From Gammaproteobacteria bacterium (lineage in GTDB: Bacteria > Pseudomonadota > Gammaproteobacteria > BMS3Bbin11), in NCBI GenBank assembly GCA_033791885.1, contig JASJFV010000173.1, positions 1 to 34,919 of the forward strand: a DNA stretch of 34,919 nucleotides. The letters are read 5' to 3'. Shown in pieces: positions 20,930 through 29,341 of the stretch. Position 1 is the first letter of the stretch. Every line of letters starts with the position of its first letter. The translations under genes were made by a program, and so were the position numbers. The notes below the pieces were generated by a model. That model saw nothing but the letters and a program-made list of their open reading frames with translations, was not told the origin of the DNA and made no database searches.

Positions 20930-21161
20930 GGAGTATATGTTGAAAGTTAATCAACCGGATTGGAAGAAAAATTCGGGCAAATGGAGGGAAGTATAAAATA
21001 TTTTCAGCCAGGTAGACTGTTTGATTTATATGATCTTTCTGAAATCCAAGGCGACCGTAGATGGATGCCATCACTGGAGCAATGCTGTACAGGGCGCCCA
21101 GCAGAAATGTGATCAATGCAGTCATAGGTGACATGCGGTGAATATTTCTGATAGAAATCAT
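20901..21161 (-). CDS. hypothetical small protein (1 predicted TM), doubtful
   Basis: 86-aa ORF fills an otherwise empty 230-nt gap. One hydrophobic helix (MTALITFLLGALYSIAPVMASIY). It overlaps the NTase start by 29 nt. No homology recognised. Confidence 0.3.
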   Translation of the reverse strand: MISIRNIHRMSPMTALITFLLGALYSIAPVMASIYGRLGFQKDHINQTVYLAENILYFPPFARIFLPIRLINFQHILLAQPGDRFA

Positions 21162-21194
21162 GATTCACCCGCTGCCCGGCGAAATAATGCTGGA

Positions 21195-21629
21195 CTAGAA
21201 AAGAGATTTATCAACGGCATACTTTACCAGGTAAATACTGCCAATAATTAACGCAACAGAAGATAAGCCGAGCGCGACAAATATAGTTTTAAAGCGGGAA
21301 ATTGACAGTATAAAGGCCTGTTCATTTTCCTCGTTGTAGGCCGTTGCAATCGATTTGCTGGCAAGCAACAGAATGACACCTATCCACATGGGCAGCCATG
21401 CTATAAGTACACCGATACCTGTGACCGTAGTCAAAGCACCGAAAAATATCAGGCAAACAGCAAAAAGGCGCATCCAGAGCAGGCTTTGGTAGAGAGGGAA
21501 GACTAGCTTTTTTATATCCAGTGACTGAGCTTGAGTGCTTTGTAGCTGTGGCTCCTGATCGGGTAGTGGATCGTTATTCAATGTATATTTACCAGGTTGG
21601 GGAATGTGGAACTTAGCCGAGTTAACCAT
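21195..21629 (-). CDS. hypothetical membrane protein (about 60-aa soluble N-terminus plus 3 TM)
   Basis: 144-aa ORF with hydrophobic segments (LFAVCLIFFGALTTVTGIGVLIAWLPMWIGVILLLA, IFVALGLSSVALIIGSIYLV). It is the first gene of the minus-strand cluster. Family not established. Confidence 0.6.
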   Translation of the reverse strand: MVNSAKFHIPQPGKYTLNNDPLPDQEPQLQSTQAQSLDIKKLVFPLYQSLLWMRLFAVCLIFFGALTTVTGIGVLIAWLPMWIGVILLLASKSIATAYNEENEQAFILSISRFKTIFVALGLSSVALIIGSIYLVKYAVDKSLF

Positions 21630-21889
21630 TCAGTGCAAGGCAAAGGGTATCAACAGTAAGTCTGAATATGTTTTTTTTTGACTCAGTTTGTCATTTTACC
21701 GTGCGGCTGGTAAATATCTGCAATTTTTGATGAAGAGTAGTACAGTAAAAAAGCACAAATTTCAAAATTGGAAGTTTACGGGCTATGCAAATTCAACAGT
21801 CTTCCAGTTAGAGGCTAAATTCAGGGCTTGCTACCTGAGAAGTAAGAGATCACAATATTTAAATAATAATTCAATGAACGGGATAAAAA

Positions 21890-22267
21890 ATGAATCTGGA
21901 AAAAGTCGTTTTTGCTTTCTTTATTGTCCTCGCGCTGACGATGAATTTTGGTTTTTATGTCGGCGAAATGAACGATCCGTTACATCACAATGCTTATGAA
22001 TTATACGTCGCGATCGTGGTTAACCTGGTTGCAACCGTCTTAAAATTCGGCGACCGAACACATATTGGCGCTGTTTTACTTGCGACATCACTGGTCGCAG
22101 ATTTGCATTTGATTGCAGCGGCAGTTGCCTGGGGTATAGGTTTATATATGCTTGATATGGGAAACGATGTACTCGGTATTGTGGTTTCTCTCTCTGCCGG
22201 TGCATTACTAGCCAATGTTACATCGGTAGTTCTGCTGGTTGTTGAAACCATGTCGTTACGAAAATGA
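21890..22267 (+). CDS. hypothetical small 4-TM membrane protein
   Basis: 125-aa ORF, almost entirely hydrophobic helices. It ends 35 nt before the channel gene on the same strand. Confidence 0.6.
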   Translation: MNLEKVVFAFFIVLALTMNFGFYVGEMNDPLHHNAYELYVAIVVNLVATVLKFGDRTHIGAVLLATSLVADLHLIAAAVAWGIGLYMLDMGNDVLGIVVSLSAGALLANVTSVVLLVVETMSLRK

Positions 22268-22302
22268 GTCATTTAGACTAATCCAATCATGGTTATCTCT
22301 GA

Positions 22303-24036
22303 ATGACAAAGGTCACTTCGCTGATCCTGCGCCGTATGCGGATTCCATTGCTGGTGCTGATTGCAAGTTATTCTATTTCTATCCTTGGTTTTGTGATGAT
22401 CCCTGGTGTTGATGAGAATGGTCAACGCTGGCATATGAACTTCCTTGATGCGGTTTACTTTGTCAGCTACATGGCAACAACTATAGGGTTTGGTGAGTTA
22501 CCTCATCCATTTTCCGCAGCCCAACGCATGTGGACTACCGTCACCATTTATCTTTCAGTGGTTGGCTGGGTCTACGCTATCGGATCGATTCTTTCGCTGG
22601 TACAGAACAACCTGCTGAAACGTGCAATAGAAGAGGGGCAATTTACCAGAAGTGTCAAAAAGCTGAGTGATAATTTCTACATAATATGCGGCTACGGTGA
22701 GACGGCGCACCTGCTTGTGTACTCACTCAATAACAGAGGATTCCGCACAGTAGTAATTGATAATGACAGCGACCGAATCGATGAGCTGTCGATGTCTGAC
22801 ATACCTCAATCCGTACCGGCTATGGTGGCGGATGCCTCAAACAGCAATATTCTGATTGAAGCTGGTTTGTTTAATGAAAAGTGCGCGGGCGTGGTCGCCC
22901 TGACTGATTCAGACCATGTAAACCTGAAGATAGCAATCACCTGCCGACTGCTAAAGAAAACTGTCAATGTTATCTGTCGAGCTGAATCACTTGATACCGA
23001 GGCAAATATGCGGTCATTCAGTACCGACTATATTGTCAACCCTTTTGAAAGCTTTGCATCTCGACTGGCGATGGCTTTGCACTCGCCCAGCAGTTACCTG
23101 ATTAACCAGTGGTTAACCGGCGTTCCTGGTACACGATTGCTGGAGCCAGTAAGTCCGCCAAGAGGGCTGTGGTTACTTTGTGGATTTGGTCGATTCGGTA
23201 AGGCAGTACACCGGTTCCTTACTTTTGAAGGTGTAAAAACTCGTATCATAGAGTCAAATCATAAACTAACTCGACCACCAGAAGGAAGCATTAAGGGGCG
23301 CGGTACCGAAGCGGTTACGTTAAGAAACGCAGGGATAGCGGATGCGGTAGGAATTGTTGCGGGAACAGATAATGACACGAATAACCTGTCAATTATCTAT
23401 ACAGCAAAGGAACAACAGCAGGAGCTATTCACCGTCGCAAGGCAGAACCACGGCGGCAATGAAAAACTGTTCCAGAACGCTTCGCTGGACATCGTTATGG
23501 AACGCAGTGATATTATCGCGCATGAAATACTTTCAGTAATTCTGGCGCCATTGCTGGCGACATTTCTACATCAGACTAAAACGCATGGTGAGGCCTGGTC
23601 CTGCGAACTGGTCAGCCGTCTTATTGCCGTTGTTGGCGAAACAACTCCCGACACCTGGGGAGTGGAAATAAATGAAGATGAAGCACCTGCTGTAGTGAGT
23701 GCAATTGCACAGGGAGATCCGGTTTCTGTTGGAAATTTGAATAAAAACCACCTTAACCGCGAAGAAAATCTGAATGTAATGGTGCTGATGATTTCTCGAA
23801 TTGATTCTGAGTATGAGCACGGCGTCCATTATATTACTTTACCGGCAAATGAGTTCCTGCTGCAGACTGGGGACCAGGTTTTGTTTTGTGCGAGGGAAGG
23901 GGCAAGAGATGAGATTGAGTGGATACTTAACAACCGTAATGTGCTGCATTACGTACAGACGGGTGAACAGGTATCAGAAGGCTGGATATGGCGTGCGTTG
24001 TCAGGACGCTGGCGCGTTGCCTCCGCAGATGAATAA
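22303..24036 (+). CDS. 2-TM potassium-channel-family protein with tandem RCK/TrkA-N domains
   Basis: 577 aa. TM1, pore helix and filter (FLDAVYFVSYMATTIGFGE), then TM2. Two Rossmann-type RCK domains follow (IICGYGETA.., LLCGFGRFGKA..), then a TrkA-C-like C-terminal region. Confidence 0.8.
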   Translation: MTKVTSLILRRMRIPLLVLIASYSISILGFVMIPGVDENGQRWHMNFLDAVYFVSYMATTIGFGELPHPFSAAQRMWTTVTIYLSVVGWVYAIGSILSLVQNNLLKRAIEEGQFTRSVKKLSDNFYIICGYGETAHLLVYSLNNRGFRTVVIDNDSDRIDELSMSDIPQSVPAMVADASNSNILIEAGLFNEKCAGVVALTDSDHVNLKIAITCRLLKKTVNVICRAESLDTEANMRSFSTDYIVNPFESFASRLAMALHSPSSYLINQWLTGVPGTRLLEPVSPPRGLWLLCGFGRFGKAVHRFLTFEGVKTRIIESNHKLTRPPEGSIKGRGTEAVTLRNAGIADAVGIVAGTDNDTNNLSIIYTAKEQQQELFTVARQNHGGNEKLFQNASLDIVMERSDIIAHEILSVILAPLLATFLHQTKTHGEAWSCELVSRLIAVVGETTPDTWGVEINEDEAPAVVSAIAQGDPVSVGNLNKNHLNREENLNVMVLMISRIDSEYEHGVHYITLPANEFLLQTGDQVLFCAREGARDEIEWILNNRNVLHYVQTGEQVSEGWIWRALSGRWRVASADE

Positions 24037-24207
24037 TCATTATACTGCAAAGAAATTTACTATAGACGGATCATCAAACAAAGCATGATGCAAAACAGAA
24101 CGCTGTGAGGCAGTGCAGGCAGATTACTGCAGGCTGGATTTCTCCTGTATCGTAAATCGAATTAAGAAAGAAATTAAAATATCAAGGAAGTTTTCAGAAC
24201 AAAACAT

Positions 24208-25113
24208 TCAGCAAAAATACTCTACAAGTTCCTCCTGGTTAAAAATAAATAGACCAGAATCTTCTACCCCAGTTTCCAGCCAGTTAAAGGGGACATTTGG
24301 GTAGGCATCTTCAAGTGTTGTCCAGCTATTACCAACTTCAACAACAATGTGACCACCAGGCGACAGAAAACTATGGGCATGCTTGAGTATTTTGTGGACC
24401 AGGTCTAAGCCATCTGCTCCACCGTCAAAGGCAGCTGCAGGTTCGTGCTTGTACTCGGCTGGAAAATGGGCAAGTTCGCCTGCCGGGACATAAGGCGGAT
24501 TAGACAGGATGAGGTCATAATTGCCAGACAGGTTCTGATATAGATCAGACTCAACCAGCTGAACGCGATCTGTCAGCTCGTATTCCGCAACATTTTTTGA
24601 TGCAAGAGACAGGGCAAGTGGGTCAATATCTGTGGCATCCACACGGGCATCAGGAAAGGTCAACGCTGCAGCCACAGCAATACAGCCACTGCCGGTGCAA
24701 AGATCCAGAATACTATTGACTGTTCCAGCTACTATCCAGGGACTGCCAGCTTCAAGCAAAAACCCGCCAATGTGTGAGCGGGGGACAATTACGCCTTCAA
24801 CAGTATGAAAGGGCAGGCCGCAAAACCAGGCCGTTCCGGTTAGATAGGCTGCAGGTTTACGGCTTGTAATTCTTTGTTTAATTAGTGTATTAATTGTAGG
24901 GAGTATAGATGGCTCTATCAGCTGATCGAGGTCAGCCTCTTCTGTAACGGGTTGACCGAGGGCGTATAACACGAGCCAGGCAGCCTCGTCCCAGGCATTG
25001 TCTGTACCGTGACCAAATACAAGTTCGGCTGCTTCCATTTGTCGGGCAGCGTTATCTATGCAGGTTGATAGCTTCATTGTTGTTTCTGCTGGTTGGTTTT
25101 TCATATTATACAC
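24208..25113 (-). CDS. prmB: 50S ribosomal protein L3 glutamine N5-methyltransferase
   Basis: PrmB-specific N-terminus FGHGTDNAWDEAAWLVL. SAM motif is LDLCTGSGCIA and the catalytic motif is NPPY(VP). Three possible starts (GTG 25113, ATG 25104, ATG 25077), none with a good SD. Confidence 0.85.
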   Translation of the reverse strand: MYNMKNQPAETTMKLSTCIDNAARQMEAAELVFGHGTDNAWDEAAWLVLYALGQPVTEEADLDQLIEPSILPTINTLIKQRITSRKPAAYLTGTAWFCGLPFHTVEGVIVPRSHIGGFLLEAGSPWIVAGTVNSILDLCTGSGCIAVAAALTFPDARVDATDIDPLALSLASKNVAEYELTDRVQLVESDLYQNLSGNYDLILSNPPYVPAGELAHFPAEYKHEPAAAFDGGADGLDLVHKILKHAHSFLSPGGHIVVEVGNSWTTLEDAYPNVPFNWLETGVEDSGLFIFNQEELVEYFC

Positions 25114-25273
25114 TTGGGGTTTCTTGTTATTTCTTAATTCTTATTGTGCTGGAATACTGTTGAGTATTTCGCCCGAAAAGCACGAAACCAGTAAACAATT
25201 ACAAGAATGAAGTAAATACTTACTCATGCTATAAGCATTTAAATATAGAGCGATACTGCTAGTGCAACCAATT

Positions 25274-25309
25274 AAAAAAAATAAAAAAAGGGCACCTACT
25301 GGCGCCCTT
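25274..25309 (-). terminator. rho-independent terminator of rpmE
   Basis: Minus-strand RNA reads AGGGCGCC-AGUA-GGUGCCCU (8-bp stem with one G.U pair), followed by UUUUUUUAUUUUUUUU. It starts 23 nt after the rpmE stop. Confidence 0.75.
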
Positions 25310-25331
25310 CGATAGAGTAATAAAGCCTGGC

Positions 25332-25541
25332 TTATTTTTTGCCGCGGCTGTATTTATCTTTGAATTTGCTTACACGGCCAGCCGTATCAAGCATTTTCTG
25401 CTTGCCGGTATAAAACGGGTGGCATTGGGAACATACTTCGACATTCAGGTCATGACCGAGGGTCGAACGCGTTTCAAATGTATTGCCACAGGTGCAGGTT
25501 ACCTGCATGGTGCTGTAAGCTGGGTGTGTGTTTTCCTTCAT
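25332..25541 (-). CDS. rpmE: 50S ribosomal protein L31 (Zn-binding type A)
   Basis: 69 aa, [31 protein letters not shown]-type SD upstream. Confidence 0.95.
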   Translation of the reverse strand: MKENTHPAYSTMQVTCTCGNTFETRSTLGHDLNVEVCSQCHPFYTGKQKMLDTAGRVSKFKDKYSRGKK

Positions 25542-25661
25542 TGTCTCGTCACTCCACCGTTCTCGGTGTTTTTGCCTGGTTGCTGGAAAAGGGCGCGAAT
25601 AATAGCAAATTTTGAAAAAAACTCAAGTATACAAATGTTCGATGCTTTGTATCTGTCGGGT

Positions 25662-26936
25662 TTACCCTTTCATGGAGCTAAAGAACTCTGCATTATTTTT
25701 CGTTGCCTTCATTTTATCTATCATAAATATGACCGCTTCAACATCATCCATAGGGTGTAGAAGATTTCGTAGCAACCAGATTTTTTGTAGTTCATCAGGG
25801 TCTGTCAACAGCTCTTCACGGCGCGTGCCGGATTTGTTGATAATTATTGTTGGGTAAATGCGTCGCTCTGCTATGCGACGATCAAGATGGATCTCCATAT
25901 TACCGGTACCTTTGAACTCTTCATAGATGACATCATCCATCTTTGAGCCGGTTTCGATCAAGGCCGTGGCAAGGATTGTGAGGCTTCCGCCTTCTTCAAT
26001 ATTTCGTGCAGCACCGAAAAAACGCTTTGGACGTTGCAGTGCGTTGGCGTCGACACCACCTGTTAATACCTTGCCGGATGACGGTGCGACAGTATTGTAG
26101 GCACGTGCGAGGCGAGTAATAGAGTCGAGAAGAATAACTACGTCACGTTTATGTTCAACCAGCCGCTTGGCTTTCTCGATAACCATTTCAGCTACCTGAA
26201 CGTGGCGCGAAGCGGGTTCATCGAATGTTGAGGCGATAACTTCGCCACGGATAGTGCGTTGCATCTCGGTGACTTCTTCCGGCCGCTCATCAATCAGTAA
26301 GACGATGATTTCCACGTCTGGGCTGTTGACGGAAAGCGCATGAGCGATTTGCTGCAACATAACCGTTTTTCCGCTTTTGGGAGATGAAACGATTAATCCC
26401 CTTTGGCCTTTGCCTATGGGTGCAATAAGGTCAATGATTCGACTGGTGATGTCCTCGGCTGAGCCGTTTTCTCGCTCCAGAGGCAGTCTCTTATTTGGAT
26501 GTAGAGGCGTCAGGTTTTCAAAAAGTATCTTGTTTTTGGCTTCATCGGGGTGCTGGCCATTGATAGTTTCAACCTTGAGCAATGCAAAATAGCGTTCAGA
26601 ATCCTTTGGCGGCCTTATTTGCCCTGTTATCGTATCACCGGTTCGCAAGCTAAATCGGCGTATCTGGCTCGGTGACACATAGATATCATCTGGACCGGCC
26701 AGATAAGAGCTGTCTGCCGAACGCAGAAAACCGAATCCATCCTGCAGAATTTCTACCACACCTTCACCCGCAATTTTGGTGCCGCGTTTCGATTCTGCTT
26801 TCAGGATCGCGAATATCTGATCCTGCTTGCGCATACGGGAGATGTTGTTAAGTTTAAGTTCAGATGCATGTTCGACCAGATCGGTCGGGGTCATGCGTTT
26901 AATTTCAGTAAGATGTATTGATAGAGGCTGGTTCAT
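25662..26936 (-). CDS. rho: transcription termination factor Rho
   Basis: 424 aa, near-colinear with E. coli Rho. Shared motifs: [35 protein letters not shown], Walker [20 protein letters not shown]. Confidence 0.98.
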   Translation of the reverse strand: MNQPLSIHLTEIKRMTPTDLVEHASELKLNNISRMRKQDQIFAILKAESKRGTKIAGEGVVEILQDGFGFLRSADSSYLAGPDDIYVSPSQIRRFSLRTGDTITGQIRPPKDSERYFALLKVETINGQHPDEAKNKILFENLTPLHPNKRLPLERENGSAEDITSRIIDLIAPIGKGQRGLIVSSPKSGKTVMLQQIAHALSVNSPDVEIIVLLIDERPEEVTEMQRTIRGEVIASTFDEPASRHVQVAEMVIEKAKRLVEHKRDVVILLDSITRLARAYNTVAPSSGKVLTGGVDANALQRPKRFFGAARNIEEGGSLTILATALIETGSKMDDVIYEEFKGTGNMEIHLDRRIAERRIYPTIIINKSGTRREELLTDPDELQKIWLLRNLLHPMDDVEAVIFMIDKMKATKNNAEFFSSMKG

Positions 26937-27170
26937 GGCTGAGAAGTTATGACGGACGTGGGTCCAGGGATTAGTTGATAGAAAACCTGAGTGTTTTCGA
27001 CGGAATAGTTTTTTGTTTTTGGTACTTTTTACTGCTATTGAGGGTGCTCGAGAAGAGCGGGTGTTCTTTTTAAGGATTATCCTTAATTTTTCCCAAGGTT
27101 AGCACTCTGACGCAAATAGGTAAAGCATTTAATACTATAGTATTCTTTTATCAGTTAAATCGATTGTTAA
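26937..27170 (-). promoter_or_regulatory. long rho 5' leader / promoter region
   Basis: About 230-280 nt lies between the trxA hairpin and the rho ATG. The plus strand is G/T-rich, so the rho-sense RNA is visibly C/A-rich and G-poor (rut-like). This fits the Rho autoregulatory attenuation known in E. coli. No promoter was mapped. Confidence 0.4.
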
Positions 27171-27205
27171 TGAACCGCAAAGGCACTATCTGCCCGGGCG
27201 GTTCA
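27171..27205 (-). terminator. stem-loop downstream of trxA (candidate terminator)
   Basis: TGAACCGC/GCGGTTCA forms an 8-bp stem, with an inner GGCA/TGCC 4-bp stem. It starts 10 nt after the trxA stop. The trailing sequence is A/U-rich but has no clean U-run. Confidence 0.4.
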
Positions 27206-27215
27206 GAAGGTCCTG

Positions 27216-27542
27216 TCAGCTATTCGCATCAATGAAGGCGGTTAACTGTGATTTCGACATTGCTCCAACCTTTGTCGCCTCAACGTTCCCATCCTTGAAC
27301 AACATCAGTGTAGGGATTCCGCGTATACCGTATTTCGGTGGTGTTGCAGGATTATCATCGATATTCAGTTTTGTAACCTTAATTTTGTCACCATATTCGG
27401 CGACAATTTCTTCTAGTAATGGAGTGATGACCTTGCACGGACCACACCATTCTGCCCAGTAATCAACCAGAACAGGTTCAGATGAACGCAGAACTACTTC
27501 TTCAAAATCGTCATCAGATACCTGAATAATGGAATTGCTCAT
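27216..27542 (-). CDS. trxA: thioredoxin 1
   Basis: 108 aa from ATG 27542 ([15 protein letters not shown]..). Active site is WCGPC. trxA-rho order with diverging rhlB is the same as in E. coli. The track ORF's 12 extra N-terminal residues are probably not translated. Confidence 0.93.
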   Translation of the reverse strand: MSNSIIQVSDDDFEEVVLRSSEPVLVDYWAEWCGPCKVITPLLEEIVAEYGDKIKVTKLNIDDNPATPPKYGIRGIPTLMLFKDGNVEATKVGAMSKSQLTAFIDANS

Positions 27543-27817
27543 TGCTTTCCTCGTTGTGTTATTTAAGATCAAGAGCACTTCGTGTTAATCATTGATCTAT
27601 CAGAATGGGTTTCAAACTTGCGATCTAAGCATGTAAATCGCATGTAATAGACGGATATTCTGAAGATTTATATCTCCGAACTGGCAAATTGTCGGTTCGA
27701 GATGATATTCATGAATTAATAGAGGTACCCTCAGGGTTTACTGATTTCTATTTCAGCCCAAACATCCTGCTATTGCAAGTCCACCTTTCATCTATTTCCT
27801 GCTAACATAGTAATAAT

Positions 27818-29293
27818 ATGACTACTACACACCTTACAGAGAAAAAATTCAGCGACTTTTCCCTCAATGAATCCCTGCTGACGGGCCTAAAAGAGGCTGG
27901 TTTCGAGTTTTGTACACCAATACAGGCTGAAACCCTGCCTCATGCCCTTGCTGGCAAGGATGTCGCTGGGCAGGCGCAGACAGGAACCGGTAAAACAATG
28001 GCATTTCTACTTGCCGCCTACCAGCGATTATTAAGTAGTGAGCCCGACCCAGAGCGGAAAAAGAATCAACCGCGGGTGTTGATACTCGCACCGACTCGGG
28101 AACTGGCGATACAGATCGAAAAAGATGCCAGCATCATCGGCAGTCACACCGGTCTCAAGCTTGGACTGGTCTATGGCGGCACAGGGTATGACAGCCAGAG
28201 AAAGATGCTGGAAAACGGTGTTGATATCCTTGTCGGCACACCCGGGCGGCTGATTGATTACTTCAAACAGGGCCTTTATAAACTTGACAAGCTCGACGTA
28301 CTGATCATGGATGAAGCGGACCGCATGTTTGATATGGGTTTCATCAAGGATATTCGTTTCCTTCTTCACCGTATGACAGCTCCAGCTGAACGGCTCAGCA
28401 TGCTTTTTTCGGCAACATTAAGCCATCGTGTAGAAGAGCTGGCCTACGAGCACATGAATGAGCCGACAGAAGTAACGATCGAAAGTGATACAGTAACGGC
28501 CGATAAAATCACGCAGATTGTTTATCATCCTGGCAATGAGGAAAAAATACCGCTGCTGGTAGGCCTGCTGAAGCAGCATAAGCCAGCTCGAACACTTATT
28601 TTCGTCAACATGAAATGGGTCGCCGAGAAAATCTATAATAATCTACGTGCTAATGGTTTTAAGGCGGGGATAATCTCAGGTGATGTGCCACAGCTAAAAC
28701 GCGAGCGATTACTGCAGGATTTCAAGGATGACAAGATAGGTATTCTGGTGGCGACTGATGTGGCTGCCAGAGGCCTGCATATCCCGGCCGTGTCTCATGT
28801 TTTTAATTTTGATCTACCACAGGATGCGGAAGATTATGTTCACCGTATCGGCCGCACCGCCCGCGCCGGAGCGTCTGGTGATGCAATATCCTTTGCCTGT
28901 GAAGATACGGCCTATTATTTAATGGATATTGAGGCATTTATAGGCAAGTCAATCCCTGCAGGCAAGATCGAGCCAGAGATGTTGGCTACATTGAAATCGC
29001 CTGCAAGCTCTGCACCGAGAAAGCCTGCCGGCAGAGAACGTAGTGGTAAACCACGTGATGCCCGACCCGGCCCACGCTCGGGGGATCGCAATACACGTCG
29101 TCCTGAAACAGCTAATGCGGGTGAACGAAGCCGCGCGCCTTCAGGAGCTGGAAAAGAGCAGAAAGCAAATGATGGAAGTAGTAAGCAGACAAGAGCGATA
29201 GAAGTCGTTCAGGTAGAAACACCCTTATCACCGTCTGCGAAAGATGTTCCCACGGTTCGACGTGGACGTGACGGGCCCCCTGCCATAGGCTGA
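27818..29293 (+). CDS. rhlB: ATP-dependent RNA helicase RhlB (DEAD-box)
   Basis: Q motif/F..TPIQ, AQTGTGKT, DEAD, SAT and HRIGRTAR are present. The gene diverges from trxA as in enterics. A 97-aa Arg/Pro/Gly/Ser-rich C-terminal tail follows the core. Confidence 0.85.
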   Translation: MTTTHLTEKKFSDFSLNESLLTGLKEAGFEFCTPIQAETLPHALAGKDVAGQAQTGTGKTMAFLLAAYQRLLSSEPDPERKKNQPRVLILAPTRELAIQIEKDASIIGSHTGLKLGLVYGGTGYDSQRKMLENGVDILVGTPGRLIDYFKQGLYKLDKLDVLIMDEADRMFDMGFIKDIRFLLHRMTAPAERLSMLFSATLSHRVEELAYEHMNEPTEVTIESDTVTADKITQIVYHPGNEEKIPLLVGLLKQHKPARTLIFVNMKWVAEKIYNNLRANGFKAGIISGDVPQLKRERLLQDFKDDKIGILVATDVAARGLHIPAVSHVFNFDLPQDAEDYVHRIGRTARAGASGDAISFACEDTAYYLMDIEAFIGKSIPAGKIEPEMLATLKSPASSAPRKPAGRERSGKPRDARPGPRSGDRNTRRPETANAGERSRAPSGAGKEQKANDGSSKQTRAIEVVQVETPLSPSAKDVPTVRRGRDGPPAIG

Positions 29294-29341
29294 ACGGGGG
29301 TCCATATTTTGAGCGATTTTGATATGAAAGGCGGATAAGGC

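Noticed and set aside
21688-21999. 103-aa plus-strand ORF in the divergent promoter region
   Set aside because: It overlaps the better-supported 125-aa membrane ORF in another frame, is rich in basic and low-complexity residues, and begins with TTG in an AT-rich spacer. Judged spurious.
24113-24304. 63-aa plus-strand ORF between the channel gene and prmB
   Set aside because: It overlaps the 3' end of prmB antisense, has no SD and resembles nothing recognisable. Judged spurious.
25624-25650. AT-rich 7-bp inverted repeat (ATACAAA..TTTGTAT) after rho as an intrinsic terminator
   Set aside because: The stem is short and all A/T, and the U-run is offset about 7 nt from the stem. This is too weak to call.
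27543-27578. 12-codon N-terminal extension of trxA in the track ORF
   Set aside because: Thioredoxin homology and the normal 108-aa length start at MSNSIIQV (ATG 27542). The extension ([12 protein letters not shown]) has no counterpart in TrxA.
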